Below, one piece after another: positions 7,244 to 14,314 of a stretch of 26,198 bases of DNA (position 1 is the first letter of the stretch; every line of letters begins with the position of its first letter). Location: NCBI GenBank assembly GCA_964477415.1, contig CAYZDT010000001.1, positions 1-26,198 on the forward strand. Reading direction: 5' to 3'. Source of the DNA: an uncultured Candidatus Saccharibacteria bacterium. Its GTDB lineage: Bacteria; Patescibacteriota; Minisyncoccia; Phycocordibacterales; Phycocordibacteraceae. The notes beneath the pieces were generated by a model. It saw nothing but the letters and a program-made list of their open reading frames with translations, did not search any database and had not been told where the DNA came from. Both the position numbers and the translations under genes were made by a program.

Positions 7244-8620
7244 ATGGCAACCCAAAAAGAGAACGAAGACAAGAACGGAAAAACTCCGCAGAAGAAATTC
7301 ACCATAGGTTTTGAAACCGAGTTTTTTGTTATTGACGCGGCAGGAAAACCTGCAGCCGGAGGAGAAGTCATATACAAAAAAGCGGCCGAAGCGGGGGCAA
7401 AAGAGAATGCGATTACGCGCGAATGCGCGAATAACCTTATTGAAGCCGGCAGCTACCCGAATGTTGAGGGTCAGAACACGATGAAAAGCCTTTTGGACGG
7501 ACTCAAATTGCTTCTCTATGCGGCAAAGGAAAGCGGGTACGGAATAGTACCTTTGGGAACCTATCCGGGAAAGTTTACGCCGGATATGAGAAAAGAAGCC
7601 CGTTACAAAGTGCAATCCAAGCTCTTTGGTAAGACGCGTTTTCAAATTGCAGGCAGAGTGGCCGGCTATCACTGCCATTACGCCTTGCCGTGGGGCGTCT
7701 TTGACGCGAAAACTCTCACGCTGAAACAGCTTACCGATTCAAAGAATCAGGAACATCTGGTTTCGGCGTTTAACTTCCTCATCGCCATAGATCCGGTATT
7801 GACGACGTTTATGCAGTCCTCTCCCTTCTATCAAGGGCGGCATTTTGCAAAAGACACCCGAATGCTCGTATACCGCGGCGGCGAAGACGTAGGTTACCCG
7901 AAAGGTCTCTATGCGAATCTGCCGACATTCGGCAGTCTTCCAGCATACGTGCATGCGGGAGCGGATCTTATCAGTCGTATTGAAGACAGAAACAAACTAT
8001 GGCTTGAGACGCTCTCTAACGCGGGCGTACGCACGAAGCCCGAGTACCGCTCCATACTCGACACAAACTGGTGCCCGGTTAAAGTAAATGCCCACGGTAC
8101 GTTTGAACAGCGCGGCATGGACATGAACCGGCTTCCGATACTCTTTTCGGTTTCCGTTCTCATACAGACTCTTATGAAACGGATTCAGGACGGAGAATAC
8201 CGTGTCGTTCCCCACGATTCGGGCAAAAATCAGCCCTTCTCGCTCGACGAAAAAGAAAAGATTATTTATATCGCCCCCGACACGTACGTCCGTAAGACAC
8301 TCCAGAAACGTTCCGCCTACGATGGACTTGCGAATGATGAGATATATAACTACTGCCGCAGGCTGGTACTTTTGGTCAAACAACTTGAAGGCGAAAAGAT
8401 ATTCCAGCTTCTTGATCCCGTTACCCAGATGCTCGCGGAGCGGAAAACGCAATCGGATACTATACTTGCGCAGGCAAAATCCCTCGGATACAAAGATCGT
8501 CGCAAAGTGCTTCCGCCCTCCATTGCCGCAGAAATCGCTCTCACACACGCGAAACAAATGTTCGAAGACATCGTCATCCTCGAAAAGATGATCGAGGTAA
8601 ACGCCGCTCTTTCGAAATAG
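7244..8620 (+). CDS. Glutamate-cysteine ligase family 2 (GCS2/YbdK-like carboxylate-amine ligase)
   Basis: FTIGFETEFFVID (~TxGxEEE), GYHCHY (~GxHxH), SSPFYQG, HGTFEQRGMD (~GTxExRxxD). Start inferred at ATG 7244. Confidence 0.8.
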   Translation: MATQKENEDKNGKTPQKKFTIGFETEFFVIDAAGKPAAGGEVIYKKAAEAGAKENAITRECANNLIEAGSYPNVEGQNTMKSLLDGLKLLLYAAKESGYGIVPLGTYPGKFTPDMRKEARYKVQSKLFGKTRFQIAGRVAGYHCHYALPWGVFDAKTLTLKQLTDSKNQEHLVSAFNFLIAIDPVLTTFMQSSPFYQGRHFAKDTRMLVYRGGEDVGYPKGLYANLPTFGSLPAYVHAGADLISRIEDRNKLWLETLSNAGVRTKPEYRSILDTNWCPVKVNAHGTFEQRGMDMNRLPILFSVSVLIQTLMKRIQDGEYRVVPHDSGKNQPFSLDEKEKIIYIAPDTYVRKTLQKRSAYDGLANDEIYNYCRRLVLLVKQLEGEKIFQLLDPVTQMLAERKTQSDTILAQAKSLGYKDRRKVLPPSIAAEIALTHAKQMFEDIVILEKMIEVNAALSK

Positions 8621-9358
8621 CTACTGCGCCTTTATAAAGTTCAGAGCGCCCCCGCGGTCCATATAGACGAGCGAAAGTTCTTCGGGCGTGAGCTTGGCGA
8701 GCTTGAACGTAAGCGGATTTCCCGTGTCGCCCGCAAACGTTGCGCGGATATACACGGCGTCTGCTTCGTACGGTATCAAAGCGTCCGGCGCGTTATCGCC
8801 CGCAAAAACCGTCCACCCGCCTTCCGCCTGGATTTTGCCGCCGTAATAATCGACGAGGCGGCCGCCGGATTCGAATTCGCGCGCGAATTTCTCGTCGTCG
8901 GTGCTTACCCATCTGCCGAGTATGCTTTCAGAGACAATAAGAGAGACGTCCTGCTTTACTCCGCCGCCTTCTCCCGCGTCTCCCCAATTCCACGGAGCCA
9001 TGTCCGTGCTCGGCACGGGATTACAAATGAGCGTTTTCCCGTTTACATCGAGGCGTACTTCCTCTCCCGCACCCGTCATGACGATTCCATTTCCTTCAAA
9101 GCGCGCGCCCGTCAAAGACTCTACATGCATAAGCGTTCCTTCCGCGGCAATCGGCTTCAATCCAAGAGGGCTCAAAACGACCTTGGCGAGGTCTGGGGCG
9201 GGCGTCATCGAAAATGAGGAACCGTTATCGCACGCATACCCGTACGAGTCGGGTGCGGAACCTGCCGACTGATTCGGCATGTATTCGGCGGTAAACCACC
9301 ACGCGCCTATAATGACGAGTCCTATAAAACCCGCAATCCACGTGTATGCGCTTTTCAT
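8621..9358 (-). CDS. Membrane-anchored protein with divergent MliC/PliC-like domain plus a C-terminal beta domain
   Basis: N-terminal TM helix; YACDNGSSF...TLMHVESLTGARFEGNG...GEEVRL...TLICNP resembles MliC (YxC..SASGARY..KGxEAxL..C); second domain LGRWVSTDD... Confidence 0.6.
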   Translation of the reverse strand: MKSAYTWIAGFIGLVIIGAWWFTAEYMPNQSAGSAPDSYGYACDNGSSFSMTPAPDLAKVVLSPLGLKPIAAEGTLMHVESLTGARFEGNGIVMTGAGEEVRLDVNGKTLICNPVPSTDMAPWNWGDAGEGGGVKQDVSLIVSESILGRWVSTDDEKFAREFESGGRLVDYYGGKIQAEGGWTVFAGDNAPDALIPYEADAVYIRATFAGDTGNPLTFKLAKLTPEELSLVYMDRGGALNFIKAQ

Positions 9359-9393
9359 ATACTATCGAGTATACCCTTTTTCAGGGGACGCGT

Positions 9394-9867
9394 TCAGTTC
9401 AAAAGATACAGCGTGTAATTCAGATACGAGGCGAAAGAAACCCACGCCAGATACGGAACCATGAGCCACGCGGCCGTTTTCGAAACTTTCAACATTGACG
9501 CTATGGTCGCGGCAATCGCAAGCCACATAAGTCCAATTATGACGAGCGCGGCGCCGATGTCGTGAAGTCCGAAAAAAACAGGACTCCAAATCGCGTTCAA
9601 AGCAAGCTGAATTCCGAATAAGACAAAGGCGGTTTTTGCGCCGCGCACGTTTCTTTTGCGCCATATAAGAAACGCCGCAACGCCCATGAGAGCGTATATA
9701 GCGGTCCACACCGGGGCAAAGAGCCAGTTCGGCGGCGAAAAATCAGGACGTACTAAAGACGCGTACCATGTTGGAATAGAATCGGCGGTAAAAACCGAGC
9801 CGATAAGCCCGACTGCCTCGCAGAGGATAACGAAGAGGGCGGCAACGCCGATGTCTTTTTGTTTCAT
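9394..9867 (-). CDS. tspO: TspO/MBR tryptophan-rich sensory protein
   Basis: WYASLVRPDFSPPNWLFAPVWTAIY, QLALNAIWSPVFFG, LMVPYLAWVSFASYLN; five TM segments. Confidence 0.93.
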   Translation of the reverse strand: MKQKDIGVAALFVILCEAVGLIGSVFTADSIPTWYASLVRPDFSPPNWLFAPVWTAIYALMGVAAFLIWRKRNVRGAKTAFVLFGIQLALNAIWSPVFFGLHDIGAALVIIGLMWLAIAATIASMLKVSKTAAWLMVPYLAWVSFASYLNYTLYLLN

Positions 9868-9887
9868 ATTGGAATTATACCCTCGCC

Positions 9888-10187
9888 TTAGGCGCGCACT
9901 CTGATTTCGTACTGCACAGCGTCCCCGTCGTCTATGCCTTCTGCGCGCCGAACCGCAGCCTTCAACGGCAAGAGATACGTTCCTGATTTTTTATCTGGGA
10001 AAATTGAAGTCTCCCATTTCGTCTTCCCGACTTTTACGGACACGGGAAGGGAGCCCCAGCCGCGCGCGCTGCCGCCGTGGCGTTTTTTTATCGCTTCGGA
10101 ATCTTTCTTCGGAACCGTGAGGAAACGCCACGCCGCCATGCCGGGGTACGGCCACACTTTCGATTTCAGTTTATATGACGCGGCCAT
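9888..10187 (-). CDS. DUF1905-like protein
   Basis: AWRFLTVP, RGWGSLPVSVKVGKTKWETSIFP, YLLPLKAAVRRAEGIDDGDAV. Start inferred at ATG 10187, 13 nt after the upstream stop. Confidence 0.8.
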   Translation of the reverse strand: MAASYKLKSKVWPYPGMAAWRFLTVPKKDSEAIKKRHGGSARGWGSLPVSVKVGKTKWETSIFPDKKSGTYLLPLKAAVRRAEGIDDGDAVQYEIRVRA

Positions 10188-10200
10188 GCGCCGAAGCGGA

Positions 10201-10740
10201 TTAAATAGAACGGAACTGGACGTTCGCGGGAGGCGTAAACATCGACGCATCTACCGCGGCAGGTTCGCAGTTATACGAATAGCTGACGTCAGGGTTGAAT
10301 CCGTATCCCGACGCATCGCCTGCGCCCGAACCTTCCGCCGTTACTTTCGCTTTAAAACCCTGCAGCATTACCGACGACCACGAGTAGATATATTCGCCGT
10401 CCGAAACCATGTACGCGCTCACGTTGCCGAGAGACGGAACGTCAATTGAAAAGTCCCCTTTCAATTTCTTTCCCGAGACATACACCGTGCCCGAGGAAAA
10501 CGCCACGCCTGCGCCGGTACTCGCCTGGCTTCCGATATCGCACTTCCAGTCTCCGCCGCGCGCCATAAGATCGTGCACGGAACCTTTGAATTCGCCCGCC
10601 TCTGCTTTCATCATTTCGCCTCCTTCTTCGTTCTTCATCGAATCGCCCGGCGCGGCGGAATTAGAATTCATGTAAAAATACGCGCCGCCGCCTATGACGA
10701 CGACCGCGGCCAAAATGCCGAGAGCAAGTTTTGTATTCAT
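10201..10740 (-). CDS. Membrane-anchored extracytoplasmic hypothetical protein
   Basis: N-terminal TM helix, two Cys (WKC, YNC), beta-rich core GTVYVSGKKLKGDF..MVSDGEYIYSW, ends SMFTPPANVQF; TATAAT 8 nt upstream of the ATG. Confidence 0.75.
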   Translation of the reverse strand: MNTKLALGILAAVVVIGGGAYFYMNSNSAAPGDSMKNEEGGEMMKAEAGEFKGSVHDLMARGGDWKCDIGSQASTGAGVAFSSGTVYVSGKKLKGDFSIDVPSLGNVSAYMVSDGEYIYSWSSVMLQGFKAKVTAEGSGAGDASGYGFNPDVSYSYNCEPAAVDASMFTPPANVQFRSI

Positions 10741-10768
10741 ATGGAGAAATTATACCGCGGCAAAAACG

Positions 10769-11188
10769 CTATTCGACGGGGACGGCTGTGCAGCCGAGAT
10801 AAGATTTTTCTTCGTTATTCTCTAGAACGAGTGCTTCGTCCCCCTTCGACCAGAATACGAACGTTTCGCCACCTTCAATCAGTGGGTCGCCGTCGGAGTA
10901 TCTGACTCCGCTTGCCGAAAGAGTCTGCTTCAACGTCATTGCGCGTCCGTCTGAGAGAACAAGATCGACCGTACTCTGCGGGACGGGCGGTTCGCCTTCT
11001 GCGGCAGGAGGCAGGGGCTCGGCGTTATGAAATACGGCCGCTATTGATTTGCCGTCATTGCAGGCATATTCGACGGAAACTGTATTTGCTTCTTTAACGG
11101 GGGCTTCAGCGAACTGATGGCCGGACAATAGCCAAACCGCCGCAAGGATAACAGCAAGGACGGCTATGCCCACGAGAGTGTTCTTCAT
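10769..11188 (-). CDS. MliC/PliC-family lysozyme inhibitor domain protein
   Basis: Signal/TM helix; VEYACNDGKSI, TLKQTLSASGVRYSDG, FVFWSKGDEALV, terminal Cys (canonical MliC motifs). Confidence 0.85.
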   Translation of the reverse strand: MKNTLVGIAVLAVILAAVWLLSGHQFAEAPVKEANTVSVEYACNDGKSIAAVFHNAEPLPPAAEGEPPVPQSTVDLVLSDGRAMTLKQTLSASGVRYSDGDPLIEGGETFVFWSKGDEALVLENNEEKSYLGCTAVPVE

Positions 11189-11235
11189 ATGCGTACATTA
11201 TACCGATTCGCTTCGCGGAAAGGCGCGAGATTTTA

Positions 11236-11244
11236 TGGTAGTGT
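11236..11244 (+). promoter_or_regulatory. Extended -10 promoter candidate for the tRNA locus
   Basis: TGG-TAGTGT ends 9 nt before the tRNA-like 5' fragment at 11254. Confidence 0.45.
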
Positions 11245-11253
11245 GACCTCGAT

Positions 11254-11273
11254 TGGGAGGTCGCCTAATGGTA
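11254..11273 (+). pseudogene. 5' fragment of a tRNA-Gln-like sequence (acceptor 5' strand + D-arm)
   Basis: TGGGAGGTCGCCTAATGGTA versus TGGGGGGTCGTCTAATGGTA of the intact tRNA: 18/20 identical. Confidence 0.75.
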
Positions 11274-11343
11274 AGCAGAGCTTCCCGATTGCGCTCGCTC
11301 GGAAAAGCGAGAGCTGTTCTTTAATAAAATTCGTTCGCAGAGC

Positions 11344-11414
11344 TGGGGGGTCGTCTAATGGTAGGACATCAGGTTTTGGTCCTGAGTATCGGGGTTCGAG
11401 TCCCTGCCCCCCAG
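11344..11414 (+). tRNA. tRNA-Gln (anticodon TTG), CCA not encoded
   Basis: Acceptor TGGGGGG/CCCCCCA, D-arm GTC-TAATGGTAG-GAC, anticodon arm TCAGG-TT[TTG]GT-CCTGA, T-arm CGGGG-TTCGAGT-CCCTG, discriminator G. Confidence 0.95.
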
Positions 11415-11458
11415 CTCTGCGCGGGAAACAGCTTTCACTCTTCTCTCGCTCGCTTATC

Positions 11459-11513
11459 GGTAGGACATCAGGATATGGCGCTGAGTATCTAGGTTCGAGT
11501 CCCTGCCCCCCAG
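11459..11513 (+). pseudogene. 3' fragment (D-loop to discriminator) of a degenerate tRNA-Gln copy
   Basis: 49/55 nt identical to 11360-11414; differences are confined to the anticodon loop/stem (ATATGGCG vs TTTTGGTC) and the T-stem (TA vs GG). Confidence 0.85.
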
Positions 11514-11558
11514 CCCAGCACATTTCCCTCGTTTGAAATTTGGTACATTGAGGAGAAC

Positions 11559-13043
11559 ATGAAAACAATCGCCCTGCCATTACTTATCGTATTTATTGCT
11601 CTTTTTGTATTCGTGCCCCATCAGGCAATTGCGGCGACCGCCTCAATTGAATCGCTCTCGCCCGGTGCTGTCGTTCCGGCAAAACAACTGGTAACGTTCA
11701 AGCTTTCGCTGTCGGGTTTCTACGCTCCGTATTTTCAAATCAGCGATTCGTTCCCCAACTCGAGCGTCGGTTCTTCAAATATCAGCACGGGCGGCCAATT
11801 CTCATGGGCGCCGACGGCAAAAGACGCGGGCCAGCACGTCTTAACGATTACCGCGCGCGATTTCGAAAATAACGTTGCTACCGTATCAGTCACGCTCACC
11901 ATAACCCCGCCGCCGTCGGCGACGCTCTCTGTATCCCCCTCTTCGGCCGCGATACCGGTCGGAACTCCGATCGCATTTGCGGCGGGCACCGCGGGTTTTA
12001 CGAACCCAATATACAGCTGGAGCGACTCATTCAGCGGTTCGTCATTGTCGAACGCCTCGGGCGTTTCAGGGCAATTTACATGGACTCCTGATTTATCGCA
12101 GGAGGGCGACCACACCGTCACGGTGTACGTTTCCGATTCTTCGGGCGCTTCCGCATCGGCATCCGTTCCGGTCCACATCGGTCCTCTTCCCTCTTTAAAA
12201 ATTGTGAACCTTCGCCCGGGCACGAACGTCTCTGTCGGCACCTCAACTACGTTTTCCGTCTTTCCTGTCGGATACACGCCCACGGTCTTCGGCGTCTATG
12301 ACAGCTTTAGCGGCAGCACCTCGCTCTCGCCGAACGCGGTTTCAAATAACGGCCTCTTTTCGTGGATTCCGCAGGGTCAGGATATCGGCGTGCACGTAAT
12401 AACGATTACCGGAAGCATCGGACCGTTCGGAAAAAGCGCTTCAACTACGCAGACTTTAATTGTCGGAGAGATGGGCAAGCCTGTATCGTCCGCCTCACAA
12501 ACCCCCTCGGTTACCGCAGCGCTCCAACCTTCTTCTTCTGTTTCGGCATACATTTTCACGTCCGCATTGAAAATTGGTTCTGAAGGCGCGGAAGTAACGC
12601 AACTGCAGAAATTACTGAGCTCGCTCGGATTCTTTAACGGAGAAGCGACGGGATATTTCGGTCCCGTTACCGCAGAGGCGGTGAGAAAATTCCAAGCCGC
12701 AAAAGGCATCGCGCAATTGGGTACGGTAGGTCCGCAGACGCGCGCCGCTTTAAACGGAACGCCATCCGCCTCGGCGCCGGCTGCTCCTTCAGTCCAGACT
12801 GCAATGCCCGCGACAAACGGCTACGTATTTAAAAACTTCATGGGATACGGCGAAGATCCGAACGACGGCCCCGACGTCATGGAGTTGCAGAAACGCCTAT
12901 CTTCGCTTGGATTCTTTACCGGAGAAGCCACGGGTTACTTCGGCGCCGCAACGGCGGCGGCGGTAAAAAAATTCCAAACCGCAAACGGTATTGAAGCGAC
13001 GGGATACGTAGGCTCTCTGACCCGCGCCGCACTCAATAAATAA
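11559..13043 (+). CDS. Secreted protein with three Ig-like repeats and two C-terminal peptidoglycan-binding (PGBD-like) domains
   Basis: Signal peptide; three ~80-aa repeats with DSF..S..GQFSW.P...D.G.H..T; two repeats L..G..G..V..LQ..LSSLGFF.GEATGYFG..T..AV.KFQ...GI...G.VG..TRAALN; GAGGAG before the ATG. Confidence 0.88.
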   Translation: MKTIALPLLIVFIALFVFVPHQAIAATASIESLSPGAVVPAKQLVTFKLSLSGFYAPYFQISDSFPNSSVGSSNISTGGQFSWAPTAKDAGQHVLTITARDFENNVATVSVTLTITPPPSATLSVSPSSAAIPVGTPIAFAAGTAGFTNPIYSWSDSFSGSSLSNASGVSGQFTWTPDLSQEGDHTVTVYVSDSSGASASASVPVHIGPLPSLKIVNLRPGTNVSVGTSTTFSVFPVGYTPTVFGVYDSFSGSTSLSPNAVSNNGLFSWIPQGQDIGVHVITITGSIGPFGKSASTTQTLIVGEMGKPVSSASQTPSVTAALQPSSSVSAYIFTSALKIGSEGAEVTQLQKLLSSLGFFNGEATGYFGPVTAEAVRKFQAAKGIAQLGTVGPQTRAALNGTPSASAPAAPSVQTAMPATNGYVFKNFMGYGEDPNDGPDVMELQKRLSSLGFFTGEATGYFGAATAAAVKKFQTANGIEATGYVGSLTRAALNK

Positions 13044-13061
13044 GTTCCCGACTCTCCCTCT

Positions 13062-13089
13062 CTACTGCTACTCTATAGAGGAGCAGTAG
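13062..13089. repeat. 28-bp near-perfect palindrome
   Basis: CTACTGCT-A-CTCTATAGAG-G-AGCAGTAG; 13 of 14 pairs match. Confidence 0.85.
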
Positions 13090-13101
13090 TAATTGACGAG
13101 T

Positions 13102-13617
13102 ATGAGAACGAAAACCGTCGTGGTGAACGACAAAATGCAAAAAGGGTACCGCTATGTGCTTTCCGAACCTGTGGGCAAAAACTTCGATCCGCGCTTCAAG
13201 CCGCAACTCACCCCGAAGCAAATGCTCGCCTTAGGCGTATTCGGCGGCGTCTACATGCGCGACTGCACGAAAGAATTTCCAAAAGATTGGTTTGTAAAAG
13301 CAAAATTTCAAAGAATAGAAACGCGCGTGCGGGACAAAAAATTGAACTTTTTTATGGTCAACGCGAGCCAGCCTCTGTCGGTCTGGCGCGAGAAAGGGTG
13401 GATTTGGAAAGACGACCCGCGCGGCTGGTTCCAGTGGTACTGCCGGTATTTCATGGGAAGGCGCTCCGAAGACGACGAGCGCCAGATAAAACGCTGGATT
13501 GCAATTCGCCGCCACATCGCACAGCTCAGAGCTAATTGCGAGGCGGGCGATATGATGTGCAGGCCTGTGCAGCGGCAAGCTTTACTCCACTGGGCATACG
13601 ACAGCAGAAGGATATAG
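13102..13617 (+). CDS. Conserved hypothetical protein (LTP..ML..GVFGG / DPRGWFQWYCRY..GRR / RQALLHWAYD motifs)
   Basis: Trp/Tyr/Arg-rich motifs that I recall from an uncharacterised widespread family; followed by a terminator. Start placed at ATG 13102. Confidence 0.8.
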   Translation: MRTKTVVVNDKMQKGYRYVLSEPVGKNFDPRFKPQLTPKQMLALGVFGGVYMRDCTKEFPKDWFVKAKFQRIETRVRDKKLNFFMVNASQPLSVWREKGWIWKDDPRGWFQWYCRYFMGRRSEDDERQIKRWIAIRRHIAQLRANCEAGDMMCRPVQRQALLHWAYDSRRI

Positions 13618-13626
13618 TCCGGCAAC

Positions 13627-13653
13627 AAAAAACGCCCCCGAGGGGGCGTTTTT
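13627..13653. terminator. Bidirectional intrinsic terminator between convergent genes
   Basis: AAAAAACGCCCC-CGAG-GGGGCGTTTTT; GC-rich stem with A- and T-tracts on both sides. Confidence 0.9.
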
Positions 13654-13664
13654 AGGTGAATCAG

Positions 13665-14267
13665 CTATTGCGCCTGCGCCTCCATTTCCAGTGAGGATTT
13701 CACCGAGTTCGAGACGTCGACTGCCGCGCCCGCGTTTACGTTCGCGTGAACCAATGCCTCAATGTCGGCCTGTACTTTCGCGGCGCCTGAAATCAGGAAG
13801 CCCCACCACGGAAGATTTACCCGCGCGGTCAATGAGCCGTTCTCCTGTTTTTCAACATCCGTACGGACGGTGAACGTCACGGGCAAAAAACCCAAGAACT
13901 TTCCTTTATGCTTAGATTTTATCTCTACGGTCCCGTTGTCCTTCACTTCGACTTTTACTTTTTCCTCCGAAGAAATCGAAGACTTTATTTCGTCTTCCGC
14001 CATAGAGTCGTCCGATTCAGAAGAAACTGAAGCGTCTGCGCCGGTCATGATATGGAAAATCGGAGTACCGTCTTCATCCACATCCTGCGTAACCGTCGCA
14101 GGCTTGCCGTTTTCGCCCTCTACCTGAAGCTGAATCTGAGCGCCCCCGGTCGCACCGGAGTTTCCGGCGGAAGCGCCGCCTGTGGCGTCGGATTCAAGGT
14201 ATACGGCGCCCGCCGCAAAAGGCAGCACGAGCGCAAACAAAGGAACAATGCCGATAAGTTTTTTCAT
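13665..14267 (-). CDS. Secreted hypothetical protein
   Basis: Signal peptide MKKLIGIVPLFALVLPFAAGA, low-complexity acidic linker, KGKFLGFLPV..RVNLPWWGFL motif; TATAAT at 14303-14308 upstream. Confidence 0.75.
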   Translation of the reverse strand: MKKLIGIVPLFALVLPFAAGAVYLESDATGGASAGNSGATGGAQIQLQVEGENGKPATVTQDVDEDGTPIFHIMTGADASVSSESDDSMAEDEIKSSISSEEKVKVEVKDNGTVEIKSKHKGKFLGFLPVTFTVRTDVEKQENGSLTARVNLPWWGFLISGAAKVQADIEALVHANVNAGAAVDVSNSVKSSLEMEAQAQ

Positions 14268-14314
14268 ATAGTTGTTAGATTAAAGCGGTTTACCCGCTCA
14301 GGTATTATAACGAA

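Noticed and set aside
6965-7678. N-terminal 238 aa of the 462-aa ORF 6290-7678 as a fusion domain
   Set aside because: Overlaps the GCS2 gene antisense and reads as non-protein-like; a -10 box supports the start at 6964.
8615-8626. Abutting convergent stops (TAGCTA) without a terminator
   Set aside because: Ordinary consequence of genome compaction; no further structure seen.
11254-11513. Functional intron-containing tRNA-His(ATG)
   Set aside because: The rejoined molecule has mismatches in acceptor, D, anticodon and T stems, lacks His identity elements, and no group I/II or BHB intron signature is visible.
11189-11580. 115-aa ORFs on both strands across the tRNA locus
   Set aside because: They are translations of tRNA and tRNA-derived sequence.
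11640-13040. CRISPR-like or tandem DNA repeats
   Set aside because: Similarity (e.g. TCGCTxGGATTCTTTA) reflects duplicated protein domains; no regularly spaced repeat-spacer array anywhere in the window.
11459-13653. Prophage or integrative island at tRNA-Gln
   Set aside because: No integrase, phage or transposase gene; the duplicated 3' piece is 44 nt from the tRNA instead of bounding a cargo region.
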